Origin: a plasmid | DNA length: 64,000 nt | Sequence record: NZ_CP109675.1 | Strand: one strand, 5' to 3' | In this document: positions 28,005 to 38,300 of the stretch, piece by piece | Numbering within the stretch: the first letter of the stretch is position 1 | Layout: the number at the start of each line of letters is the position of its first letter | The notes under the pieces: generated by a model | What the model was told of the DNA's origin: nothing | Database searches by the model: none | The model's input: only the letters and a program-made list of their open reading frames with translations | Made by a program: the position numbers and the translations under genes

Positions 28005-29168
28005 ATGATGTCTTCTGTTGCGCGTATTAGAAAAATGTCTCTCAGTCGGGGCCTCGATAAGTATTACGAGTCGGTATCAGTTCACAAAAAGGGACATCTT
28101 CAGGAATTTTACCGGGTCAACGTCATTAAGCGTCACCCACTGGCTAACCGGAACATGGATGAGATCACCACAGTTGATATTGCAGCCTACCGTGATGAAA
28201 GGCTGATGCAGTTCAACCCAAGGACTGGGAACCCTATCACTGGCAATACAGTAAGGCTTGAACTGGCGCTTTTATCATCTCTATTCGGGATCGCTCGCGT
28301 GGAATGGGGAACCTGTCGAAGCAACCCAGTCGAACTGGTACGTAAACCTAAAGTATCCAAAGGTCGTGATCGCCGCCTGACATCCAGTGAAGAGCGCAGA
28401 CTGTCCCGTTATTTCCGGGAACGAAACTTAATGCTGTATATAATTTTTCATCTCGCGCTTGAGACAGCCATGCGGCAGGGTGAAATCCTTAACCTGCAAT
28501 GGGAATACATCGACCTGCAGCACGGCGTAGCACATCTGCCCGATACCAAGAATGGCTCATCACGAGATGTTCCTCTCTCACGTAAGGCTCGTAACCTGCT
28601 TCAGATGATGCCGGCCCAGCTAAAAGGTAAGTTGTTTTCCTATACGTCATCCGGTTTCAAAAGCGCCTGGCGGAATGCCCTCAAGGAACTCTCTATCGAG
28701 AATCTGCATTTTCATGATCTACGGCACGAGGCCATCAGCCGTTTCTTCGAACTCGGTACGCTGAACGTTATGGAGGTCGCAGCTATATCAGGCCATCGCT
28801 CGATGAATATGCTAAAACGCTACACCCATCTGAGAGCTTACCAGCTGGTCAGCAAGCTGGACGCGCGACGGCGCCAGACTCAAAAGATCGCCCCCTACTT
28901 CGCGCCCTATCCTGCCCAGGTCGAGCAGGACAGCGAAGAATCAGGTGACATCAAGGTAATGCTATGCGATTTCGAAAATCTGACAGTATCAGCGCCGACT
29001 CGCGAACTTGCTTTGGCCCGCGCCAGCGAACTGCTACTGCGGACACTGGCTCTTGCAGCCCAGCGCGGCGAACGAGTCCCCGCGCCGGGAGAGCTTCCTG
29101 TCAGGACAAACAATCACATCATGATATGTCCGCTTAACCCCGACCTGGCACTGTCGGCCCAGGTATAA
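28005..29168 (+). CDS. rci: Rci, shufflon-specific tyrosine recombinase
   Basis: Near-collinear similarity to R64 Rci by recall: [13 protein letters not shown] ... [13 protein letters not shown] ... [14 protein letters not shown] ... [17 protein letters not shown] ... [17 protein letters not shown] ... MICPLNP. ATG ATG at 28005 follows the RBS gggagtaATG. Confidence 0.9.
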   Translation: MMSSVARIRKMSLSRGLDKYYESVSVHKKGHLQEFYRVNVIKRHPLANRNMDEITTVDIAAYRDERLMQFNPRTGNPITGNTVRLELALLSSLFGIARVEWGTCRSNPVELVRKPKVSKGRDRRLTSSEERRLSRYFRERNLMLYIIFHLALETAMRQGEILNLQWEYIDLQHGVAHLPDTKNGSSRDVPLSRKARNLLQMMPAQLKGKLFSYTSSGFKSAWRNALKELSIENLHFHDLRHEAISRFFELGTLNVMEVAAISGHRSMNMLKRYTHLRAYQLVSKLDARRRQTQKIAPYFAPYPAQVEQDSEESGDIKVMLCDFENLTVSAPTRELALARASELLLRTLALAAQRGERVPAPGELPVRTNNHIMICPLNPDLALSAQV

Positions 29169-29187
29169 CTTTTCTTCTGGAGGGGCT

Positions 29188-29664
29188 GTGTTTCTGATTT
29201 TCCTTTCAGCAGTACCACTAACGCTACTGCTGTATTGCCCGATAATGACAATCGTCAGTGCCGTGACGCCCTGGAAAGGGTTCCGAACGGCCTTGGTTCG
29301 ACATCGTAAGAAGCATTACACAACCCTGCATCTGTCGACATTTGACCGGGTTGGCCATCTTAATCTCCGGCGTGCGGCACGCTTTCACCGGAGCTTTCTG
29401 GTCACGTTGCAGCTGGCGCTACAAAGAGACAGCTCGCCGGTGTACTTCACATCCCATCTGATGCGACCGGCACACCTGAAAAGCATGACTATCCTGATGT
29501 CAAAAATGGGGGAAACGCACCGCTGGCGCTGCACCACAGTCACGATACCTCCAGCCATCAGAAACGGGATACGGCTGCAAACATTTTTACAGGAATGGCG
29601 CTGGATAACCGTACCTGAAACCGGCGTGCTTGTACTCATTCGGCCGCGCCGGAAAGCTCGCTAA
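29188..29664 (+). CDS. hypothetical ORF (Arg-rich; possibly non-coding)
   Basis: 158-aa ORF with a biased composition and no RBS. Kept only because no competing ORF exists there. Confidence 0.25.
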   Translation: MFLIFLSAVPLTLLLYCPIMTIVSAVTPWKGFRTALVRHRKKHYTTLHLSTFDRVGHLNLRRAARFHRSFLVTLQLALQRDSSPVYFTSHLMRPAHLKSMTILMSKMGETHRWRCTTVTIPPAIRNGIRLQTFLQEWRWITVPETGVLVLIRPRRKAR

Positions 29665-29810
29665 AAAAGCAAATACACAAACGTAATTAAAACGAACACG
29701 CAAACGCAGTCGATCTACACGATCGAATTAACTCGTTATACATACGCGTCACGATTAATTATTCTTTAACCCACTGAGTAACAAAGTTTAATTTCACTTA
29801 AGGGGGCCAT

Positions 29811-30647
29811 GTGGCAAACAGTCTCACAGCAATTTTCACCTCGCTTCTGGCGCTCCCCGACCTTGATCGGAACAGGATTGCAGAACTGCTTCAGCGCAAT
29901 GATAAGAAGCCCATGCAGACCACATCACTTCGGTTGCGACCTGGTACCCGTCAACTGATTGATGAGCTGTCAGGCAAAATTGGAATTTCTCAGTCAGAGT
30001 TGCTGAGTATGGTAATTGAAGGCTCTTTTCGCGATATCTTCCTGCCATTCAGTAATACTGCAATCAGCGTTATAGACCGCTTTGAGCTACTGATGCAGTC
30101 ACACGAGCTTAGCCCGACAGACATCGCAGAACTGCTGTCGTCATGGAATGTTCGGGTTAGTGTGCTACAGGACAGGGAACGTACAATGGACTATCTGTCC
30201 ACCCCGCTTCTCCAGGCGCTCGCTGACTGGTTTTTCGTTTCTCCTGGCTGGTTGCTTGGAAGCAACGTTCCCCCTGTCGACACAGGCAGCGCGAGTCATC
30301 AATGGCCACAAACGGAAGAAAATTTCCGGGAGGTAATTATTCCTTCAGCCGAAAATAATAATGACAGCATTATTTTCTGGAAGACTGAAAATACAACTGA
30401 GGATAAAGATCAGGAACGAAACGGCATATTAATTAAGAAGAAAATATCTTCATCTCAGCTGACATATTTTCCGGTGCTATCCATTATTACGCGCACCCTG
30501 AATACAGAGCAGGAATGCTGGAAAGAGCGACTCCTCAGGGAACACGCAGCAACAGGTACTATCCGCCTCGTCACCTTAGGTGCAGGGCTGGCAACAGCAC
30601 TTGAACACGGAACAACGTTACCCGTACTTATATTCAGACAGCTTTAA
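29811..30647 (+). CDS. hypothetical protein (R64 traE-position gene)
   Basis: 278 aa, GTG start after the RBS aaggggg. No recognisable family. Called by position relative to rci and the tra genes. Confidence 0.5.
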   Translation: MANSLTAIFTSLLALPDLDRNRIAELLQRNDKKPMQTTSLRLRPGTRQLIDELSGKIGISQSELLSMVIEGSFRDIFLPFSNTAISVIDRFELLMQSHELSPTDIAELLSSWNVRVSVLQDRERTMDYLSTPLLQALADWFFVSPGWLLGSNVPPVDTGSASHQWPQTEENFREVIIPSAENNNDSIIFWKTENTTEDKDQERNGILIKKKISSSQLTYFPVLSIITRTLNTEQECWKERLLREHAATGTIRLVTLGAGLATALEHGTTLPVLIFRQL

Positions 30648-30752
30648 ACCACGCTGAAAATCTGAATTAAAAAAGAAAAAGGAAATTTTGATGCTGCCGC
30701 ATCAGGACCTACTTTTGCCCTAAATCCAGACAGGACTACAGGAAATTTACTT

Positions 30753-31958
30753 ATGAAAAAGACTCACATTGCAAAAACACTGATATCTTTCGCCGTCATG
30801 ATGGCATTTCATGCGGGAGCTGCAACCTCTTATATGGAAGCCCGCAGCGATGCGATGGGCGGGACTGGCGTAGCTTCCGCACATTACGGTACAGCTGCCT
30901 TATCCAACCCGGCACTCCTGACGAAATTTGGCGCGAACGATGACTTCAGCCTGGTGCTGCCGTCCGTAGGTGTCCAGGTAGCAGACCCAGATAATGCCAT
31001 CGATAATACCGATGACGTAAAGGATCTGTGGAACAATTTTGACAATGCAGTTGACCGCCAGAGCGGTGTCAGCGAAAGTGCAGCCGCATTACGCAACAAG
31101 TTGGAAGACCTGAAGGACGTAAAAGCAAACGGACAGGTCGGGGCATCTGTCATTGCTACCACTCCTAATAAAGTGCTTCCATTTGCGGTTGTCGTGAAGT
31201 CCTGGGGCACCGTTTCCGTAAACGGCAAGGTCAGTGATCACGATCTACAGTATCTCGATAATATCGCCAGCGGCGCCATCCCGTCAGATACGGTAGACAA
31301 GGATGCACTAACGTCCCGCGCTTATGGTCGGGCTGCCGTTATCACCGATGTCGGTGTGGCTATGGCGCACGAATTTGAAACAGCGGGACATAGCTGGTCA
31401 CTGGGGATCACGCCCAAGTATCAACGCATCGATCTTTTCAACTACAGCGCAAAGGTAAACGACTTCGACAAAAATGACCTGAATTCGGATGACTACCGCA
31501 ATACTAAAACCGGATTTAACGCCGACATCGGTCTGGCAACAAACCTCGGCGACAACTGGATGCTGGGTCTCGCGGTACAGAACATCATCGCCCGCACCGT
31601 TGACACTAAAGCAGTGAATGGTGAGAAAGAAACATTCAAAGTAAAACCACAGGCCACTGCAGGCGTGGCATGGAGTAACAGTATCCTGACCACCGCTCTC
31701 GATGTGGATCTGACCGAAGCAAGCCGCTTTGAGCGGGATGACAAACGCCAGTTCGCCAGTGTGGGTGCCGAACTGAATGCCTGGAACTGGATGCAGGTAC
31801 GCGCGGGTTATCGTCAGAACATGGTCTCCAGCGAGGGCAACGCTTTCACTGCGGGTCTGGGCTTCTCTCCTTTCGACGTAGTACATCTGGACCTGACCGG
31901 TATTGCAGGAACCGATCGTACCTACGGTGCGGTCGCACAGTTGCAGTTCACGTTCTGA
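30753..31958 (+). CDS. outer-membrane beta-barrel protein (FadL/TraF_2-like; R64 traF-position gene)
   Basis: Signal peptide (MMAFHAGA|AT). FadL/TraF_2-like N-terminal motif EARSDAMGGTGVASA ... GTAALSNPALL. Alternating beta-strand pattern. C-terminal aromatic residue (QFTF). Confidence 0.65.
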   Translation: MKKTHIAKTLISFAVMMAFHAGAATSYMEARSDAMGGTGVASAHYGTAALSNPALLTKFGANDDFSLVLPSVGVQVADPDNAIDNTDDVKDLWNNFDNAVDRQSGVSESAAALRNKLEDLKDVKANGQVGASVIATTPNKVLPFAVVVKSWGTVSVNGKVSDHDLQYLDNIASGAIPSDTVDKDALTSRAYGRAAVITDVGVAMAHEFETAGHSWSLGITPKYQRIDLFNYSAKVNDFDKNDLNSDDYRNTKTGFNADIGLATNLGDNWMLGLAVQNIIARTVDTKAVNGEKETFKVKPQATAGVAWSNSILTTALDVDLTEASRFERDDKRQFASVGAELNAWNWMQVRAGYRQNMVSSEGNAFTAGLGFSPFDVVHLDLTGIAGTDRTYGAVAQLQFTF

Positions 31959-31964
31959 TAGTTT

Positions 31965-32000
31965 AGGGGAAGCCCGCAATGGGCTTCCTCTGCCGTTTCT
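31965..32000 (+). terminator. putative terminator after the OMP gene
   Basis: ggaagccc-gcaat-gggcttcc hairpin followed by a T-rich tract. Confidence 0.45.
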
Positions 32001-32483
32001 TTGTGTGTTATCCCCTGTGCACTGGCTGTAATCCCCCCGAACTTTCTCCCGCTGAGACCGTTGAAGATGAAATCTTTCCGATATGTACATGTATTGCATC
32101 AGATCAGCAGTGTTGCTTTCAGCAGCCTGATAACTGCGCCAGCCACCGGTTTTTTTATTCTGTTCATGTTATTTGGATTCAACCACTCGCTCGCCGACAC
32201 CTTCCTTGAACAGGCCCGATCACTTACCGGTGATGCACCACCAGGCATGGTAAGAGAATGTAAACAATCAAACGATAGCGGCCCGCCATCTCCTCTTGTA
32301 ATGCCTCAGGTATGCAAAACGGTATTAATTGATGAGGATGACTGGAAAGAGCGTGTTGACGATACCATCAGGCAGTTTTATCTCACTTTCTCTGTATTCG
32401 GACTTTTATTCTGGATGACCGCAAATAATCAACCATCTGAATTAATTAGCTGGATACGCAGGAAAAGTAAACATCAAAATTAA
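32001..32483 (+). CDS. hypothetical membrane protein (traG-position)
   Basis: 160 aa with two hydrophobic helices. Low GC. No RBS is evident, so the start is uncertain. Confidence 0.35.
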   Translation: MCVIPCALAVIPPNFLPLRPLKMKSFRYVHVLHQISSVAFSSLITAPATGFFILFMLFGFNHSLADTFLEQARSLTGDAPPGMVRECKQSNDSGPPSPLVMPQVCKTVLIDEDDWKERVDDTIRQFYLTFSVFGLLFWMTANNQPSELISWIRRKSKHQN

Positions 32484-32553
32484 CGGCATCATAAGCCTCG
32501 CCCACTGAATCTTCTGGCTTTAATCTCCGTCGCCCCCCGGCAAGGTAACTACC

Positions 32554-33027
32554 ATGAATTGTTTAATGCTTCCCGGCGTGTTGGCCATCTCCCTGCTCGC
32601 CGGCTGCCAGTCCTGGACTACGCCATCAACGTCTCCAGTTTCTCCTTCCCCCGACCGTTACGGCGCGGCCTCATCCGTTTCCGTTACCCGTCACACACAG
32701 TATCAGATGTGGAATAACGGTGTCTGGTCCGGTTCGAAAACCGCGCCATCATCCATGGAGATCGTTCGCTCCAACAGCGCTGACGTCTCTTTCGACTGGG
32801 AAGGTGATGCTGTGGAGCTACTGGATGAACTGGCGCGGGCACGTGGCCTGCAGTTCAACTACAGCGGCGTTCGCCTGCCCTTGCCCGTAACATTGCACGT
32901 TCGTGGCATGACGTTCAGCAATGTGTTGCGCGTTATCGAAGCGCAGACCGCATGGCGCGCAACCCTGAATCAGTACCCTGGGCTGCTCCAGCTCAACTTC
33001 ATGCAACCGGAGACCAGAAAGAAATGA
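32554..33027 (+). CDS. traH: lipoprotein (TraH-position)
   Basis: Lipobox LLAGCQS. 157 aa. RBS aagg. Called by synteny with R64 traH. Confidence 0.55.
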   Translation: MNCLMLPGVLAISLLAGCQSWTTPSTSPVSPSPDRYGAASSVSVTRHTQYQMWNNGVWSGSKTAPSSMEIVRSNSADVSFDWEGDAVELLDELARARGLQFNYSGVRLPLPVTLHVRGMTFSNVLRVIEAQTAWRATLNQYPGLLQLNFMQPETRKK

Positions 33028-33830
33028 AATGCTTTCTCTTGTTACTATTCCCTGCTCTGCTCCTGACTGGGTGTGCAGGAGAGCGGCCGGCTTCACCGAC
33101 AGATACAGGGGCACCACCTCCGGATATGCAGGCCTGGCTCAACCCGGAGCGACAAAGACCAGAAGGTCTGTCCGAAACGCGCTGGCAAATGCTTACTGAT
33201 GCTGGCAGAACACTGGGATTCCGGGGAGGAAAATCCCAGCGGGCATGGGAGTTAACCCAGGCACTCAACGCCCGCGAATCCACCCTCAATGCCCTTTACG
33301 ATTTCCGTCCACTTATCAGCCCTGAAGGCTGGCTTCCTCCGGTTATTGATGAAGCGCAGGACGTAGCACACATCACTCCTGATCAAATTCGCACAGCCTC
33401 AAAAGTCTGGACCATCATCCGACCGGAGCGATTCGTCAGTAACCCGCCCAGCTGGCGCAGCTGGTTACTACGCGGTCTGGCCACCACGGCAACCCCTGGC
33501 ACAGAAGGTCTGGTTGTGCCGGAAGACAGCGCCCAGAGAAAGGTCTGGGAAGACGCACTGAAAAAAGGCTGGCAGGAAGGTCGCGAAAATGCCGATCTGA
33601 CCTTTGAGGCCAGCATGAATCAACTCACCCGGGACTATCGCGGCATGATGCTTTATTCCCTGCTCTGGCGACGGGGCATGATTTCCCGGCCGGAAGTCAC
33701 CGAGCAGCAGCAGACTGTTACTGGCAGTGGTCAGAAGCTCGTTACCGGCGATCGTGTTCGCCGACTCAAATCACATGCATCGTTTGAGCTACAGAAATCA
33801 CGCTGGCGCCCGTCCGTTACCATCCAGTAA
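33024..33830 (+). CDS. traI: lipoprotein, DotC-like (TraI-position)
   Basis: ATG at 33024 overlaps the upstream stop (ATGAAATGc). Lipobox LLLTGCAG. 268 aa, the size of R64 TraI/DotC. Confidence 0.6.
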   Translation: MKCFLLLLFPALLLTGCAGERPASPTDTGAPPPDMQAWLNPERQRPEGLSETRWQMLTDAGRTLGFRGGKSQRAWELTQALNARESTLNALYDFRPLISPEGWLPPVIDEAQDVAHITPDQIRTASKVWTIIRPERFVSNPPSWRSWLLRGLATTATPGTEGLVVPEDSAQRKVWEDALKKGWQEGRENADLTFEASMNQLTRDYRGMMLYSLLWRRGMISRPEVTEQQQTVTGSGQKLVTGDRVRRLKSHASFELQKSRWRPSVTIQ

Positions 33831-33842
33831 GGAGTTTTCCTC

Positions 33843-35003
33843 GTGAACATATCAGCTATCCCTGACTCGTTCGGGCTTTTCCCGTTCAGCGGTGCCTATA
33901 CCGCCGACGAGTTCAGGACATTTTTTGCCTGGTGTTCGGCACATGGAGTCAGTGATGTGGATCTGGTTGGCGGCTCACCAGTTTCAGTGAGTCGTTATGG
34001 CCGACGTGAGAGAGTCTCAGACACCATACTGCCGAATATCATGCTGGGAAATATGCTTGACGACCTGCTGGGGCCAGAAGTGCGCCCCCGAGTGCAGGGT
34101 GGAAGACCGCTGGACAGAGCCATTCAAATCGACGGCGACATGCATGGGCGATATGGCCTGGAAAGGGGGGAACGCGTGCGGCTACGCGCGCACATCATCC
34201 AGGGGACATCTGCCCGGGAAGAAAAGGCTCTCTCCGTCACTCTGCGTGTGATCCCCCACATCATTCCCGATTTTCTGAAGCTGGGTATCGAGCCCGATCT
34301 GGCGGCGGCAATGCTGCCAAAAACCGGGCTGGGTCTTATTTGCGGTGAAACGGGTTCGGGTAAATCAACGTTGCAGGCGTCGTTGTATCGCCACTGCCAG
34401 GACACACAGCCCGATCGCAAAATTGTGACCTACGAAGATCCAGTAGAGTACATTCTCGGCCGCCCCGACGACCTTCTGCCGCCGCATCAGGCTCAGGTAA
34501 GACGTGACGTCGCAAGTTTTGCAGATGGGCTTCGCTCCGCAATGCGCCGAAACCCGGAGGTCATCGGTATCGGGGAAATTCGTGACACGGAAACAGCAGA
34601 GGCTTCTGTCCAGGCTGGTGAAAGCGGACATTTAACCATCGGTACACTGCACTCTAAATCACCAGGTGAAACCCTGAACCGACTGCTTGGTCTGTTTCCG
34701 CCTCAGATTCGTGATGCACGCGCCTGGGAGATGCTTGGGATGTTACGGTTTATCGTAGTCCAGGTACTTGTCAGAACGACAGACGGCAAACGCCGGGCTC
34801 TCCGGGAATACATCGTCTTCGACGATGAGCTACGCGATGCACTACAGAATCTCCCGTCAGAGAAGTGGCCGGCCCACATCGATAACATCCTGAGACTGGA
34901 GAAAAGGCGCATTATCGATCAAGTGCGTGAAGGTTACGTAACGGGTGATATAGACAGACACGAAGCGGCACTCTACCTACCGACACAGGAGCTTAGACAT
35001 TGA
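33843..35003 (+). CDS. traJ: TraJ, DotB/PilT-family type IVB secretion ATPase
   Basis: Walker A ICGETGSGKST. PilT/VirB11-class motifs (IGEIRD, GHLTIGTLHS). GTG start 8 nt after aaggag. 386 aa versus 382 aa in R64. Confidence 0.85.
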   Translation: MNISAIPDSFGLFPFSGAYTADEFRTFFAWCSAHGVSDVDLVGGSPVSVSRYGRRERVSDTILPNIMLGNMLDDLLGPEVRPRVQGGRPLDRAIQIDGDMHGRYGLERGERVRLRAHIIQGTSAREEKALSVTLRVIPHIIPDFLKLGIEPDLAAAMLPKTGLGLICGETGSGKSTLQASLYRHCQDTQPDRKIVTYEDPVEYILGRPDDLLPPHQAQVRRDVASFADGLRSAMRRNPEVIGIGEIRDTETAEASVQAGESGHLTIGTLHSKSPGETLNRLLGLFPPQIRDARAWEMLGMLRFIVVQVLVRTTDGKRRALREYIVFDDELRDALQNLPSEKWPAHIDNILRLEKRRIIDQVREGYVTGDIDRHEAALYLPTQELRH

Positions 35004-35287
35004 AACGAGAAGGATTCTGGCGCTATGCCACACCGCCTGTCACCTTTTTTGGTATCCCGCTGCCGTTCCTTTTGCTGTATCTGGTCTGGTTTCGCTGGCC
35101 GTCCATGAAGACGCTGTATATCTGTTCCGCCATTCTGGGATTCTTTGTTGCCCTGAATTTCTTTGGCTGGAGTGTACGGGCTATCTGCCTGCGCGTAATA
35201 AGTACCTTCAGGGGAAAGATTGCCTCCGGTCGCCCCTGGTGGTACCGGCATTTTGTTGAAAAACCACGAGACTGGACTGGTCTCTGA
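35000..35287 (+). CDS. traK: TraK, small IcmT-like inner-membrane protein
   Basis: 95 aa with two hydrophobic helices. TTG start overlaps the traJ stop (aTTGA). Start codon uncertain. Confidence 0.5.
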   Translation: MKREGFWRYATPPVTFFGIPLPFLLLYLVWFRWPSMKTLYICSAILGFFVALNFFGWSVRAICLRVISTFRGKIASGRPWWYRHFVEKPRDWTGL

Positions 35288-35358
35288 ACCCGATGTAACC
35301 CGTTCGTTCCCCATAGCGCTCCCGCGCTACTCCCTCAATATCTTCCAGGAATGTGACC

Positions 35359-38300
35359 ATGCAAAAAAGTCACCGCGTATGGCTTGCCGTACCTCACGAA
35401 GAGAAGGACGACGCCATCAACGCCCACCCGCGTCTCAGCGATGGGCAGAAAGCCCTTAAATGGGACGATGAGCACCGCCTCTGGTATGCCCGACCAGGAG
35501 CCGACCTGACCAGGTTCGAGCGATGGATGCCCCGCCCCCATGAACTGTCGATGAATGCGGACGATCCGGTAACAGAGTTTGCTCAAAAACTTGAAGAAGC
35601 AGGGCTGCTAGTTAAGGGGCTCCCCGTGATGGATGGAAGCCTTCAGCGCGTACCGACGAAACAGGACAAGAAAGGTTCGAAAAGCGGAGCTTACAAGGCT
35701 TACCTGGACGGGCGCCCTGCCGGATGGTACCGCGATTATCGCAGCGCCGACGCTAAACCGACGCAGTGGGTGTTTTCAGGTGGTGGCGAGATGGATCCGC
35801 TTGCGCGTCTTCATCTCCGTGCACACGCCCAGCAAACGCGTGAAGACAATGCCCGTGCTCTGGAGCAACAGTACAACCGGCAGGCGGAGTACGCCGCCCG
35901 ATATGTTGACCGCTACCCGCAGGCTACAACGAACGCCTATCTGACCCGTAAGGGTGTGGAGGCTGCGCCGGGTATAAGAATCAACGATAAGCAAGAACTT
36001 GTGATCCCCTTCAGCAATGCGCATGGCGACATACGCTCTTACCAGCGTATTCCGCTCACCGGCGGAAAAGACGCCCGCATCCTTAAAGACAGTGAAAAAA
36101 CAGGTAACTGGTTTGCACTGGGGACGCCACAGAATGGCCTGCCTTTGCTGTTTGCTGAAGGATATGCCACAGCAGCCTCTCTGCATGAGGCATCAGGTCT
36201 GCCGGTACTGATGACGGTTGATGCGGGAAACATGATTGCCGTTGGCCAGAATGCTCGTGCCGTTTGGCCTGACAGTCCTTTTATTTTCTGTGCAGACAAT
36301 GATCATCAGCTGAAGAATGCGCAGACAGGACAACCTGAAAATAAGGGCATCCTGAGCGCTGAGAAAGCGGCAGAACTCACGGGCGGCAGAGTCATCGCCC
36401 CTGATTTCACCGAAGAAGAAAAAGCACGCTTGCTGACGGACTTCAACGATCTCGATATCAGCAGGGGCAGAGAAGCCTTCCGTGAGCACATCAGCGACCG
36501 CCTCAGGTCTGCCGGCATCGATATCCGGACAGACTACGCACCCAACGATGCACAATTTCTCTCACAACAGGACCCAAAAATGGAAAATCTGGAAAGTCAG
36601 GAATCCGGCCAGTCTTCGATTGCCCCGGATGAACCTGTCGTTATTCCGTCTGAAAGCCACAGGCAGGATGAGTCAGTAAACCCAGCGCCTCCCGCCCCGC
36701 CTGAACCTGAAATAATCTCTCCGGCAGCGGTGATGCCGCCCGATGAAGCCAGTATCAGTGCGGCACCGGTTGAGAATAAGGCTGAACACGATGAACCCGC
36801 CCCCACGTCCCTGCGAGACGCTGATGTTTTAATTCCTGATACGCAGAGCACCACGGACGTGACGATCGCGACATCTTCTGCGGATGCCGGTCAGCGTAGT
36901 CATAGTGCCATCGAATCAGGATCGAATATACCGGTCCCTGGCCTCGATGATTATGCAGACATACGCGCGCAGATGGACGACCCACAATTTGCTGAATGGG
37001 TGAACAGTCAGTCTGATGACATTCCCCATATGCCTGCTCAGGAACGACAGACAGACCATGAACTGTCAGAAACGGGCAAACAAACCCTGAAGCCTGAGGC
37101 TGCGTCACATGAAACAGACGCTGAGTCTCCGGAGCCGATCGTTCCTGAATTACCAATCCCTCCACAGTCCCCCGGAGCAACATCAACCGGGCAAAAACAG
37201 GAGCAGACGCAAACTGCCGATGTGGATCCAAACACGTCAGAGCCCTCCCCGGGCAGGAAGGAAACGGCAGAGAGTGAGATGCATGAAGCGGATGGGCTTG
37301 TCTACGGACCGCGAAGGCCGGAACCGCTTCAGCGAGAAGATCTCGATGAAATCATTAAAGCCCTGTCAACGGAAGAACAGCGTGACAATAAGGTGCTTTA
37401 CCGTCTCGACGGGGAAGATGCGTTTCACGATCTCGGCAACCGTCTCGAAATGTGTAACGGTGCGAGTGAGGACAAGCGCAAGGTGCTCGCCGCGCTGGCC
37501 GTGGCATCACGCTATTACGGCGGTGTGGTGGAGCTCACCGGCAGTACGCAGTTTAAAGAGCAGGCCATGCGGCTCATTATTGAATATGACCTCGATATCC
37601 GAATGAAGCTGCCTGCGCAGCGCGCGCAGCTTGAGACTATGCGGCAACAGTTTGGGGCAACCAGGGATTCAGTCACAACACATATTCCTACGCCGGATCT
37701 GAACCGACAGACTCCATCACCTGATGCCGCATCGCCAGTGTCACCGGCAACAGCCGCCCCCGAAGCTGTTACCCCTGACGCTCCGGGCATACCCGTGCCC
37801 CCCGTATCACCCACGCCGTCAGCACAGGCAACTGCCGCAAAGCAGCCTGCCGTTTCACCCTCAACAGAGCCTGTAGCGCCTAAGCAGGCCGACAGCATCC
37901 GGGTCCCTGATATGCCCGCTGAGCCCGCCCCCTCTGCACTGAAACCAGGCCAGAGCGTCACGGCGGTCCTCAAGAACTTTGGTGAAGCGATGTACGAAAA
38001 TAAAGAGCAAAAGGGCAAGAGCTTCTTTATCGAGCTACAGAACCGCGGTGGAAGTCATACCTACTGGGGGCAGGATTTACGGGAGTTGATCGCGCACCAC
38101 AAAACCGGCGATGTGGTCACGCTGACGCTCAATTCCCGTGACAGCTGGCAGGTACCTGGTGAGGAAAAAGAGCGCGTAAAAAATAACTGGTCATTGACGT
38201 CCGCCTCAACAGGTCTTGCCGTGGCACATGATCGACCGGAGCAGGGACAGCCTCTTCAGGCTTTCCCGGTCGATACGTTTGGCCGCCTCACACAGCAAAT

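Noticed and set aside
29188-29664. 158-aa Arg-rich ORF downstream of rci
   Set aside because: It has no RBS and a biased composition. Listed as a low-confidence feature only because it fills an otherwise empty 480-bp gap. May be non-coding.
31398-32099. 233-aa antisense ORF across the 3' half of the outer-membrane barrel gene
   Set aside because: The barrel gene has a signal peptide, RBS and terminator. The antisense frame is Cys/Gly-rich with no start signals.
36017-38018. Several 60-170-aa ORFs on both strands inside the sog primase gene
   Set aside because: They fall in the Pro/Ala/Ser-rich low-complexity, high-GC part of sog, where all six frames stay open by composition.
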